This document shows, in pieces, positions 53,601 through 64,000 of a DNA stretch of 64,000 nt. Below the pieces are notes generated by a model. That model was not told where the DNA came from and did no database searches. It worked only from the letters and a program-made list of their open reading frames with translations. How positions within the stretch are numbered: the stretch's first letter is position 1; each line of letters opens with the position of its first letter. The position numbers and the translations under genes were made by a program. This stretch comes from Ramazzottius varieornatus (taxonomy: Eukaryota; Animalia; Tardigrada): positions 393,552-457,551 of the forward strand of contig BDGG01000011.1 in the NCBI GenBank assembly GCA_001949185.1. The letters run 5' to 3'.

Positions 53601-53776
53601 GATGTTTTTTTGGCGGAAGACGCTGGTTGGAAGGTGTAGTCCGTCAGCTCTTGAATCTCCACCAGACCGTCCAAAAGGAAATCCTCGCAAGAGTCCAACA
53701 TGAAGGGCTGGTCGTACGCCACCGGTTTCCACTCGCCTTCAAACGTCATCTTCTTGAGTTTTTTCCTTTTCGGCAT
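50689..53776 (-). CDS. DDX24: DEAD-box RNA helicase DDX24/MAK5 family
   Basis: [71 protein letters not shown] and [11 protein letters not shown]-terminal GLVEIQEL and C-terminal LSQPI...GFSAKYP blocks. Confidence 0.93.
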
Positions 53777-54747
53777 CTTCACGAACGAGTTAGGTGTTAC
53801 CTCAAAGAAACGGGACAGTTCGGACGTCTGGTTTTGGGAAAGAGATGGTTACCTTATGATAGGAAAAGACGAAAATCTATGACCATGAGAACTCATCATT
53901 TCATCTAAAGTACACCTAATCAATCAAGCTACCAGGTTCAATCAACCTAGTACCAGAGAGTGACGCAATCTAAACGTCAGCACAGCCCTTTCGCGCTAAC
54001 GCTAGCTGTTGACAACGTTGTGTCAAAACCACTGTTTAATCAAAATGCAACCCCGAAGGGGTGCTGGGCGGAAATTGGACACGCGCTGCGGGCTGCGGCC
54101 TCCTTTAAAGAATGAAGAGGCAGTGCAGTTTTCCCAAAGTGCAGTAGTGCACTCGAAATTAAGCTTCAGAGCTTCGTCCCTCTCTTTGTCTCGGATCACT
54201 TGGATGCTAAAAGAGCATTTTTTTCCGTTTCCCTCTCGATCCCGCAGGGAAGGTGACCTTGTTGGCTAGTCTGCGGGAAGGCGTTGAAGGAATTGCAACA
54301 GGTACGCACCCAAAGCGCATCACCGTATGGAAAAGGACTGGAGCGATGCGATCGTTTTTCCTGACGACGTCATATCACGTGCCCGTTTGTACGCTATTTG
54401 TCGTCGCAGTGGACACGTGGTCTCATCGGTTTTAGTGTTTATGTTCATTATTTCATACGATGGATGTTTTTCCTTAAAAACCTGTTTTTCGTTACAGGTT
54501 TTGGTTTACTGACACGATATCTACTGAATGGATTGACAGAAGACTGGAAGAACGCTGGGATGTTTTGAATAACGTAAACTGTGGAGCTGAACATCTGGAA
54601 AAGTGCGTCGTTACAGCTGGGAGACGTTCGAACGACTGGATGTCATCCGTAACGTATTCACTATCGCCGCGTTAATATTCTGTTTGTGGCTCATTTTCAG
54701 AACGAGTTTGTTGTAGGTGGAAGTATATTTTCGTATGAGGATCAGGA

Positions 54748-57102
54748 ATGGAAAACAATCGAACGGAGGATGACTTTTACGGCCAGCTGATCGTTTTGGG
54801 GTAAAACTTGACTGATTGAATCATCTTTGATTGACTGTGTTTGTTCTTGATGGCTGCGTTTCCCGTTCGCGTAGGTACAATGGTTCTGAAACAGTCCCGT
54901 ATCAGCAGAACGGTCAAGGAGGAGGCCCGTCTTCTGCCTCTTCTTCCCAAATGATCTCCACGCGGCACACACTCCGGAGGAAAGCTAGTCCCAATGGGGT
55001 TATTCCCTCTACCAAGCATTACGTCGTCGCCGATCCTGCGAGCTCTGCTGTAAGTACAATCTGTGTGATTGTTCTTTCCTTCTGCATTCGTCTGAGAAGT
55101 ATTGTTATTGGCAAGAAGAGGTGTCGTGTAAGGTTGTTTAGAGGGGCAAAAAGATGGCTGAGTAATCAAAATGCGTCGAAGCGTGGATGAATGTAACTAA
55201 TGATCCTTTTCCCATTGGCAGTCGATGCGCGATCGACGTCATTTTGTCTCTTTTGTCAAATCTCGCACGGAAACGCTCATTCAGGAATACCAAGCTGACA
55301 ACTTTACGGATATGTTTCAGGTTTGCAGTTTTATAAACCTATTTCCAAGTGACCAGGAAATATGTTTGATAATTCGTCCTTCTGGTCTAGATTGGTCGAT
55401 CGACGGACAAGCCAATCGACGTGACGGTGAAAGATACTCGGTGTACAGATGCCGATGGAGAAGAGATGCCCGCTGACCATCGAAATGTTCCCGGTTCGAA
55501 GAATTGTGGGGGAGAAACTTCTCTAATACCTCCTCACCGCGACAGCACCATTTCCCGCTTCGCCTGTCGAGTTCTCGTCAATCGCACATCCTATCCTGTC
55601 CCTCGTGTCTTTGCTGCTGGATTTGACAACCATCGAAACATCTGTTTGGGCGTAAGTATTCAATCCCGCGGCCAACAAGCTCGTCAACAGAGTTGTCCCA
55701 AGTGGCGCACGTTTACAGTGCTGCTAGTCAGGAGCGTGCGCCACTTGGAGCAACGATCTGGTCGAGCTTGTCTAAGTGGCTCATGCTTTCGTTCTCATTG
55801 ACTGAAAGCCTCTACCACTTGGAAAACTACTGTTGCTTTGTTTGCGTTTCTCCCAGCTTGAAGCGTTGGTTTTTACTCTCCGTAGCTTTGACTTAGAATT
55901 CATCTGTCCGCTCTTCTTGTCAGGAAAAGGCGCCCAAGTGGTTGACGGAGTCTGGCATGGACGGTCTGACGACCAATGGTGTGCTTCTATGGCATCCCCC
56001 GTCGTGGGGACGCCTGGTTCACGGTAGTGAAGCTCAAAACTCGACATGGTGCCAGTGGTTGGAAGTGTCGGTCCGTGGTGCCATCCTTACCTTACGATCT
56101 TCGCGATCGGCGAAGACGCGTGGCCATCTCCTTGCCAGCGAATGTAATGTTGTGCGAGACGGTTCTCTCATTGATCTCTGTGGTGTCACACTCCTTTTTC
56201 GTACCAAAGAAGGCCTGGATAACTCTCCGGTACCGTTGCGTTCTATCAAAATAATCTCAATCAAGTCGAAACCTGAAAAGTTTCAAAAAAACTTGGAGTG
56301 TAAAAATGATGACTGTTGGGAATCGGACCCGGTCCACTCGTGCACGAAGCCTGTGTCGGCATACCGCGCTATATTATTCTGTTAGGTCGTATGACTCAGC
56401 AGTATATGTAGATGTCCGCAGCTCGATTCCCCGCGACGGCCGTGTTTTTGCGTTTTTTTCAACCATAAATATTTTGTGAGTTCTTCCAGCTGCATTTTTG
56501 ATGTCTCCTGTTGCAGACGACCAAAGAACTGGATGAACGATTAGCCTCGATGAACGCCGATCGGCCTCAGTGTCCGGTGGGGATGAACACTTTGGTGATA
56601 CCGCGACAGAGGAACGCGGTGGCGGTCAAGAGCGCCACCGACCAGCCCTACATTTACATGACGTGTGGCCACGTGCAAGGACGCCATGGCTGGGGAGAAC
56701 AGCCGAACAAACTAAAGAAGTGTCCCATCTGTTTCAAGGTACGATTGCTTCACTGGTTTCAGTTCTCTAAAGGTTGTTACATGCAGTTCTCTACAGGACG
56801 GAAGTATCGTGCGAATGTGTATGGGAATGGAACCGGCTTTCTACGTCGGCAAAGACGTCACTCCCACCCACGCATTTAACCCTTGCGGACACATTGCCAA
56901 CTTCGAAACGCTGGACTACTGGTCCAAGATACCGTTCCCGCATGAGGCTTCAGGTTCGTTCAGAAAGACTTTTCCGAAATTTTCTTGATGAAAATTGCTA
57001 TTTTTCGTCCTTGCAGCCTTCAAGCCGGTTGGTGCAGCCTGCCCGTTTTGCATCACCCTGCTGGACGCCAAAAGTCCCATTGTCCGTATTATTTTCCCGT
57101 GA
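54748..57102 (+). CDS. PELI: Pellino E3 ubiquitin ligase
   Basis: YGQLIVLG|YNG, TDMFQ|IGRS, STISRFACR, FAAGFD, MDGLTTNGVL, DGSLIDLCGVTLLFR, RPQCPVGMNTL, CGHVQG, CPIC, HAFNPCGH and ACPFC. Confidence 0.95.
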
Positions 57103-57917
57103 GAGAAAGGTTCGTCCAAAGTTTGTCACTGTCAGAACTAGATTTTCTTCTGATTGAATTGCCTTACCTGTGTGTTTTTTACTGTTCAATCTTTCGGCGC
57201 CTGAGCTGACCGATTGCCGAGCATTGATGAGCTTCTCCTCATAACTTTTCTGTGTTTTTTATCATCCGCATGTTTTTTAATTGTTTGACTTCGGTGTTTC
57301 GTTCTGTCTTTTCTCAACTGTTTTCGAGAAAGACACGTCTTTTTGATCTGCCTGTTTCGACTCTTCTGTTTTAGTTTTGGCTATTTGCTAAGAACACTCT
57401 TTTCGAACATAAATCTGCACTTCGCTCCAAGTCGAATATCGACATTCGAATAGTCAAGTATACGTATGGTTCGTTGAGTTCGACATGATAGCGGAAGGCG
57501 TCGTAGACTGTTGATGGATAGCAGAATCATTTATGCAGTCAGTCGTCCCTCAGATGGAAAGCACGCCGGCTCCTCTGTGGAATAGCTCGGTTTCGTATGT
57601 GGTTGTAAATTGTGATGGGTACGCGTATACTAACTTAAAGTACGCTAGCTCGCAGTGTTCGAAAACCAGCTGACATCGAAACAGTAAGTCTGTAAAATTG
57701 ATTCAGCTGTTCGCCTCTTCGGATGCAGATTAAGCCACCAGAATTCGCGAGGAACTTGCCAACGGGCCGGACAGTACGTACTTTCAGTAAAGGTGCCCCG
57801 AAATACTGTGCAAACCGACTGGAGGCCCCGAGGCCCACCATAGATGTCATGTCATCAGTCAGCATGTCATCTCCATGTCTGGTCAGTCTCTCCAGAACTT
57901 TGATTTTCTTCCTTTTA

Positions 57918-59627
57918 ATGAAAATGGCACCAAAAGATCGGCTAGCTGAATTCCGCAAGGTAAGAATAAACTTCTTTTCGCTTTCGTGATGAGGAGTAAG
58001 CATGCTACCGCTGATTCGTTGTGCAGGGAAGGGACGAAGATGGCCGGCAGTCCAAGTCGACGGTCGTCATTCCTTTGCTCCAGCAAGATGCCATCGATCG
58101 ATATCTGGATCAGGTAAGTTCTTACAGTTCTGCTCGTTTGATTGGAGGAAAGTAGTTCTCAGTGCGGTACTGCGACCTGTTTGCAGGTGGAAGGAGTACG
58201 ACACAACATCGAGCTACTCGAGACCAAACTTGCTGCGTTGAATACACTGCACGATGCCATCATCTGCAGTCCGACTGTTATCGATGGTACATTGCGCCAT
58301 GTTCTCCCATCTCAGCTCTGGTAACTTTTAGGATTGCAGAGGACAAAGAAGCTCAAGACAGGGCCATGGGGGAGATCAAACGGCTCTTCCAGACGGTCCA
58401 TAATCAAATGCAAAGTAAGGTAACCAGTCGTCCATCACGATTCACCTGTTGCTTCCGAAGGAACGTCCTTTCTTCGTTTCACGTGTTTGTCTATCTTTCT
58501 AGGCCTGGAAAGCGCAATTGGAACTTCGGGAAGCTCTAATATCTCGTACAAGATCAAGAAAATGCAGGTAATGTCATTTTTCCAACTTGTTTGATGAAGT
58601 TAGCTCATCTGGCGGAAATTACTGGTACTAGATGTTGGCGCATGACGTAACAGAGTGTAACATGGCCGCAGTGACGTCGTGCGTCAGCTCAGCGAGGCTG
58701 TGTTTTTCTCCATTTCACTCCGCCCTGTCTCGCAGAGTATTTCCTCGCCTTGCGACTCCGCGCACATTGTCACTTTGTGGAGCTTTCTTTTACAGTATAC
58801 GGCATTGGCCAGGCGTTTGATGAACGTAACGTTGGAGTACAGCCGGCAGCAGACGAGTTACCGGGAGCGGTGTAAAGCGCGGATACGGAGGCAGCTGACC
58901 ATTGTTGATGCAGGTGAAGACCCATTTTTTGTAAAACACAGAAGAAATAAGCTGATCAAGTTGACTGTGAGTATCTTTGAATTGCAGACGCCAATCAAAG
59001 AACGGACGAACAGATGGAAGTTATGCTGGAAACTCATAATCCCCAAATCTTTTCTCAAGGCGTGAGTGCATTGGTTTCTTCGAAATTCAAAATGAGGTTT
59101 AAGGCAAGGGACGTCCGAGGAAACCAGCATCGACGTGTTTGCTCCGCTCTTTTAGATTTTGGCCGATTCTCAAAAGGCCAAAGATGCTCTGGCCGACGTC
59201 GAAGCTCGACATCAAGACATCATCAAACTGGAAAAAGACCTCGTGGAAATTCGCGATCTGTTCAGCGATGTCGCTTTGCTCATAGAAACCCAGGTACCTA
59301 TATCAGCATCTGCTTGCTTGCTGGACAATTAGCGAGCGTATGTTTTGCTTTAGGGTGAGACAATGGACAGATTGGAAGATAACATGGAAAGAGCTGCGCA
59401 GTCGATGAAAGGCGGCAAGGAGGAAACGGCCGAAGCTCTCGTCAAACAACGGAGTGCCAGAAAGGTAAGTGCGAACATTCGGGAAGTAGCTGGCCGGCTT
59501 TAGGAATAAAGGAGCTGATGGAGAGTCGATCGTTAACTTACAGAAGAAGGTGATACTCCTGCTGGTCCTCGTTGTCCTCCTCATCGTTGCAGCCATTAGC
59601 TTAGCTGGTTACTTTGGGGGAAGGTAG
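57918..59627 (+). CDS. Plasma-membrane-type syntaxin (Qa-SNARE, syntaxin-1/4-like)
   Basis: N-peptide KDRLAEF, QTSYRERCKARIRRQLTI, SNARE motif EARHQDIIKLEKDLVEIRDLFSDVALLIETQ|GETMDRLE, and a C-terminal TM. Confidence 0.92.
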
Positions 59628-61439
59628 CAGGTAAACTGTCGACACTCTTCGTCGTTGTTTAGTGGTTTTGTTGTTGTTGTTGTTTAGTGGCGAATTTCTG
59701 CCCACTCAAATATGAATGGCCTGTGTCTGAATGTACAGTAAGCGTTCGAATGTTTATGCGGTGCCTTGCCCACATATATATTTTAGTTCGCTTTTGAAGT
59801 GCTTAGTATAGTTTTCTGGCCAGAAATGTTGCGCCTCGGACATCTCAGAGCTGGGAAGCTTCCTTACTACGTCAGCTCATTCGGCTTTTTCTTCTACGGA
59901 AGTTTTACAGAAAACCTGGAACAAGTTAGTGCCCCGCGCGGCCCTGTCAGACACTTTCGGAGGAAGAAGGCAGCTCTAACTCCCCTGTTGCTTATTGGGC
60001 CGATATTACGGTGGTTACAGACTAGTATTACAAGGAAATCGCAAAGTCTGTGGTCGGTTGTGCGAAAAATAATTTAATGACGAAATCCATAGCAAGGTGA
60101 AAGATAGCTAAGTTGTACTTCACATTGAAGTAGTGAATGTGGGTTCGGATAACTCGCAGGTCGCTTCTGACCCGGAAAGTAGGCAGGCTTCGCAGTCTTT
60201 GGGGCAAGGAAGTCGTCGGTGGACTCACCCAGGCCGCTGCAGGGTTCACAACTCGGCCTGTTTCTCCAACGAAGGTCCCGCGGTGCGAGGCCGCAAAGCG
60301 ATGGCTGGCGTTGTCTTGGGCGTTGTCGCTGAGGCTGTGGCTGAAGCTTTGACGAAGAGACGCATGGGCAGCACGATGGCCAAGGTTCGAGTACCCAGAT
60401 GCACTTGCAGACTAGGCCTGATGAGGCTGGCTGTAAGGACCATGATCAGAAGAGCCGAGTATCCAACTTGAAAAGTAGACATGACGACAGTGCAGTAAAG
60501 TTCACTATTCCTAATAAAGAAAAAACTAGAGCTGGGCGACGAGGAACAGCCGCGATATCTTCAGACCTCCACAAGTTCGCTCAGTGCGCACATCTGCTGT
60601 CTAAAACTCGAAATGCTCCTACACTCGAGACATTAGACGGGGACACCTTTTATGTACGGCAGCAGAGCATAAACGCTCAGTTGGTCAACGTTGGCAGATG
60701 AGATTCCGAAAAAGACCTACTGTACTGTATATCGACCTCATGCTTATCCAAATCTTCGTTTTTCGTTTGGGTTTGAAGTGGCGTGACAGCTTATTTTAAT
60801 GTCAAAGTCAAGAGTTGCACGATTACCAGACCTGCATTAGGATGTGTCGAGTGCGGGCCGGTTTCAGACGGATTAGGGTCTGTCGCTGCGCTGCAGTCGT
60901 GTACCTTGGGTGATATGAGCCAGCGGAAGGTGGTCCATGAACAAAAGTGTCTCCAGTACCGAAAACCATGCCGAGAACCACGTATAGTGTCACAAGAGGG
61001 GTATAAATCATCGGCCGAAGAGTTGCAAAAGTTTTCGCGCGACATCACGAAACTATTTGCGCTACCAAACAACATCTTGAGTTCCAACGCTCTTTTCGCC
61101 CTCTTGGCCCATTGCATTCAGCCAATACCGGGCTACAAGCCTACAAGTTCCATGGCGCAGCCCAGACCGTTGTGGTCTGTTAAAGTTTCCAGTGACGCCA
61201 CTGCAAGGAACAGTTTCGCAGTGACATCAAGCCTGGGTTAACTAATCGAGTTTACTGTTGAATTCGCGATGAGTCGAATTGGGTTTTTCGATAACTCGTT
61301 ACAAGGCGATAGCCATTGAGGAACTACATGTGTAGTTTGTTCAACCGCATAAAACCATATCATTTACGGGTATGACATATTGCTGACTAACAAATATCCA
61401 TATCGAAAACTTGTGCACAAATTCAATCATAGATTGACA

Positions 61440-62950
61440 GAGAATATGCTCAGACTGGCCAAGAAATGAATTTTCTCAAGTATTTCAGTCCTCTCGATCT
61501 GGTGATTTCTATGGGCTGCATCAGAGTTGATTCACCGCAATACTTATTCAGCTGTATAGCACGGCAATATCGAAAATGTGGAAACAGAATAACAGGAAGA
61601 GAATAACATGGAGTAAGACACGTCAGGTTGAAGATGTGGTACGGTGGATTCTATCCTTAGGTTTTCTAGCCTTTCCCAACCTGTCGTCGGAGTACCTTGA
61701 GGAGCAACCTGTCTCTGGAGTAGCGTGCCTTAGTGTGGACTTCCCGTTCTTGCTTCCGACTGATGTTTCTGTCAGAATTGTAGCACGTTCTACATTTATT
61801 CAAGCGCCACCCTTCTTCGATAACCAGATCGCAGGCTGAACGCCGGTTATCGGCACGCGCTGGAGGGCCGGATTCAGCTTCGCTGCACACTTTCATTTTG
61901 TCGACCTTCTCTACTCGGTACTGGACTTCATGTCTACACAGGTCCTTGATTGTCGAGAAGATATCACGTTTGTATGGCTCGTTTCTGATGTAAATTCGCG
62001 GACTTAGTTCTGCGTTGTAGGAAACGGACTTCTGGACACGACCGTCCTCATCAAGCTTTGAGAAGAGGGCCAGGTTGGGCAGTTGAGAAGGGTCTTGATA
62101 AACCCACCCTGAAGGAAGATGGAGAGCTGACATGGACGGCTGCAAATCTAATAAATTCTTGAATTTCGGACAGCATGATGCTTCAGAAACAGCAGCTGTC
62201 TTAAGCGCGTGGCTGACATTTGGAAGGGGAAGGCTTTCCTCACACTCGGTTCTCGAACAGTCACGTTTCCTGTAATGTTCTCGGGTGTTTGGAGCGGAAA
62301 CCTGCTCTCTGTCTCGCTCTTCTTTTTCCGGTGTCTGGAGGAGTGTCTTGTCTGCAATGGTTCGACAGTTTGTAGCACAGCCAGATATAATAAACGTGGT
62401 AGGACAGTTTCATACCTGACGTCCCAGCAAGATTGAGGAAGGAGGAAGACAAAAGCGTGGAGCTAATCGTAGGAATCGATCCTTTGATAAGCTTATTGCC
62501 CTGTGTGTAGCAGTCTCTAGTGAAATGGGCACTGCAGATATAGAATGTCTTCGGAAATATGGCTCTTCCTGGATGATTGCAGAAAGACTGCCATGTAAAT
62601 AGCAGCGCTCCTGTTGGTTTATCCAGACAATGAAGTGGTATGCTGGGACAAGTAGCTTTGTCGACAGGACAGCCACGAACAAAACAGCGTCGAGGAGACT
62701 ACAGAAGCAGACAACCCATAGTAATCTTCGGTACTGAAAGCATTTCGAATTGCTTAGGATTGATTTAGGGTTTCGTACTACGTAGTGAGGTTTGACATCT
62801 GAATCTGCTTTCCTAGCAAAGTGCGGTTTACATATGGTTGAAGTCCGAGCTCTGGCCACTCGTTATAAAATGTGCAACAAGTTTGCCGACTTTGCTCATA
62901 CCGGTGGCACTACTTTTCGCAGATCAACAGCCCACCGAGATGACAAAAAA
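61440..62950 (-). pseudogene. Degraded THAP-domain / P-element-like transposase 5' region
   Basis: RWAVDLRK and STICKPHF (THAP CxxHF), then ORF 61666-62145 with VCS...SAC...KCRTC, then GLKYLRKFISWP. Broken frames, cut at the 5' end by the TIR element at 62993. Confidence 0.4.
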
Positions 62951-62992
62951 TTTAATATTAATCACAGCTGGGCTTGGCGCAGGCAACTTAAT

Positions 62993-64000
62993 TTAAGTCA
63001 AACCATTTCGGGCAATGGGCAATTTTCACCATAAGTGCCCGAAATTTACCCGAAATTAAACGAATTGCCCGAAATTAACCGAAGTTTGCCCCTAATTGCC
63101 CGAAGTTACCTGCATTCACTTCATGGGTTTCCCTGGTGCGCAACGTGAGAAGACTTCGTTTCCTGTTGTCCAAGACCTCACCAATCGGGTGTGAAACGCA
63201 GTAGAAAGAGGGAATTTCAGTGCCAAAGCGGTTGTACCAAGCCATCTGTACGGTACTGCAATGCTACCAGTTTAGCGCGAATTCAACCTCGTGAACAGTA
63301 TATCACGCTTAGGCGAGATTCATAGAGGCTACACTGATAACATTTGGTCGTACTGGGCAACGGTAACTTATCACGTGGTTGGGTGCAGCGAAGAACTGGT
63401 ACTACTATACTACGAGACACATTACACGCCGGTTCGAAGTTCTCATTCATTTATACTTCAACTCAGCGCCGAAAAACTCATCGTTTTCCAAAACTAGCTA
63501 TCTGGGAGAGCAACCTGGACGTCTTGGGTGCGGCAGGTGGAGGGGCATTCTTGACTGTATTAAGAAATTCATTGACCTTCTCCGGGACATCTTCGCGCAG
63601 ATCCTCGTCGTTTCAGAACATTTGTGCTTTAAAGTGGGGATCTAACATCACAGCCACTTTGCTTTCGATTCCGCCCATACGATCCCTGTACTTTCTGAAC
63701 TTCAGTCTCATGGCCTTCGCCGCATACCAAAATTTTAAAACCGTTCTGTGCCAGATTTCGAAGCGCGTTTCCAAGAGTATGACCTCCATACGCTCATAGG
63801 CTTAGAAACGTCTTGTTTGTGGGCAGTGCCGAGAAGGCTCCAGATGTGTCACAATAGGTCGGACGGGTATTACAGAAGTCCAGGTAACTTCAGGCAATTA
63901 TGGGCAAACTTCGGTTAATTTCGGGCAATTCGCTCAATTTCGGGTAAATTTCGGGTAATTGTGGTGAAAATTGCCCATTGCCCGAAAAGGTTTGACTTAA
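62993..64000. mobile_element. Non-autonomous hAT derivative with >=120-bp TIRs built of 10-bp repeats (runs to window end)
   Basis: 62993-63112 pairs with 63881-64000 (TTGCCCGAAA-like units). The interior minus frame reads AMRLKFRKYRDRMGGIESKVAVMLDPHFKAQMF*, matching hAT KFxKY...AxxLDPRFK. Confidence 0.8.

Noticed and set aside
60028-60482. GC-rich ORFs downstream of syntaxin, perhaps a LINE 3' relic
   Set aside because: Only a faint LPQRLRSLPTF resemblance; not enough to call.

Overview
This is eukaryotic DNA from a compact invertebrate genome. Most introns are 50-100 bp GT-AG, and there are two 50-N assembly gaps (16715-16764, 24853-24902). I reconstructed spliced genes by hand, because most of the ORF track is exon fragments or noise. 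The left ~29 kb is gene-poor and rich in transposon debris. It holds an intact 8-exon ciliary-type opsin (K296, E181, ERY, NPxxY). The opsin is bracketed by two near-identical, convergent gustatory-receptor-like (GR/GRL, 7TM ion channel) genes that form an ~880-bp inverted duplication 24 kb apart. The same region has a NYN-domain gene with a degenerate active site, a retropepsin-like gene fragment, a dead hAT transposase, a frameshifted CR1-type LINE and several MITE/foldback elements. The right ~31 kb is gene-dense: katanin p60, TPPP/p25, a WCGAC thioredoxin, a membrane-anchored Ig + ZPBP/Sp38-like protein head-to-head with DRC1, cytochrome c, a secreted Tyr/Ser/Lys/Pro repeat protein built from symmetric phase-1 exons, DDX24, Pellino and a syntaxin. 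The window ends with THAP/P-like and hAT remnants. The most notable signals are (1) the opsin + GR-pair sensory locus, (2) a possible sperm/flagellum gene neighbourhood including a ZPBP-like receptor, (3) a mostly intronic palindrome family with 12-bp arms and a near-fixed 25-nt spacer, and (4) the adhesive-like modular Tyr-rich protein. I could not fix the taxon; an ecdysozoan with motile flagella is my inference. All family assignments come from remembered motifs, not database searches.
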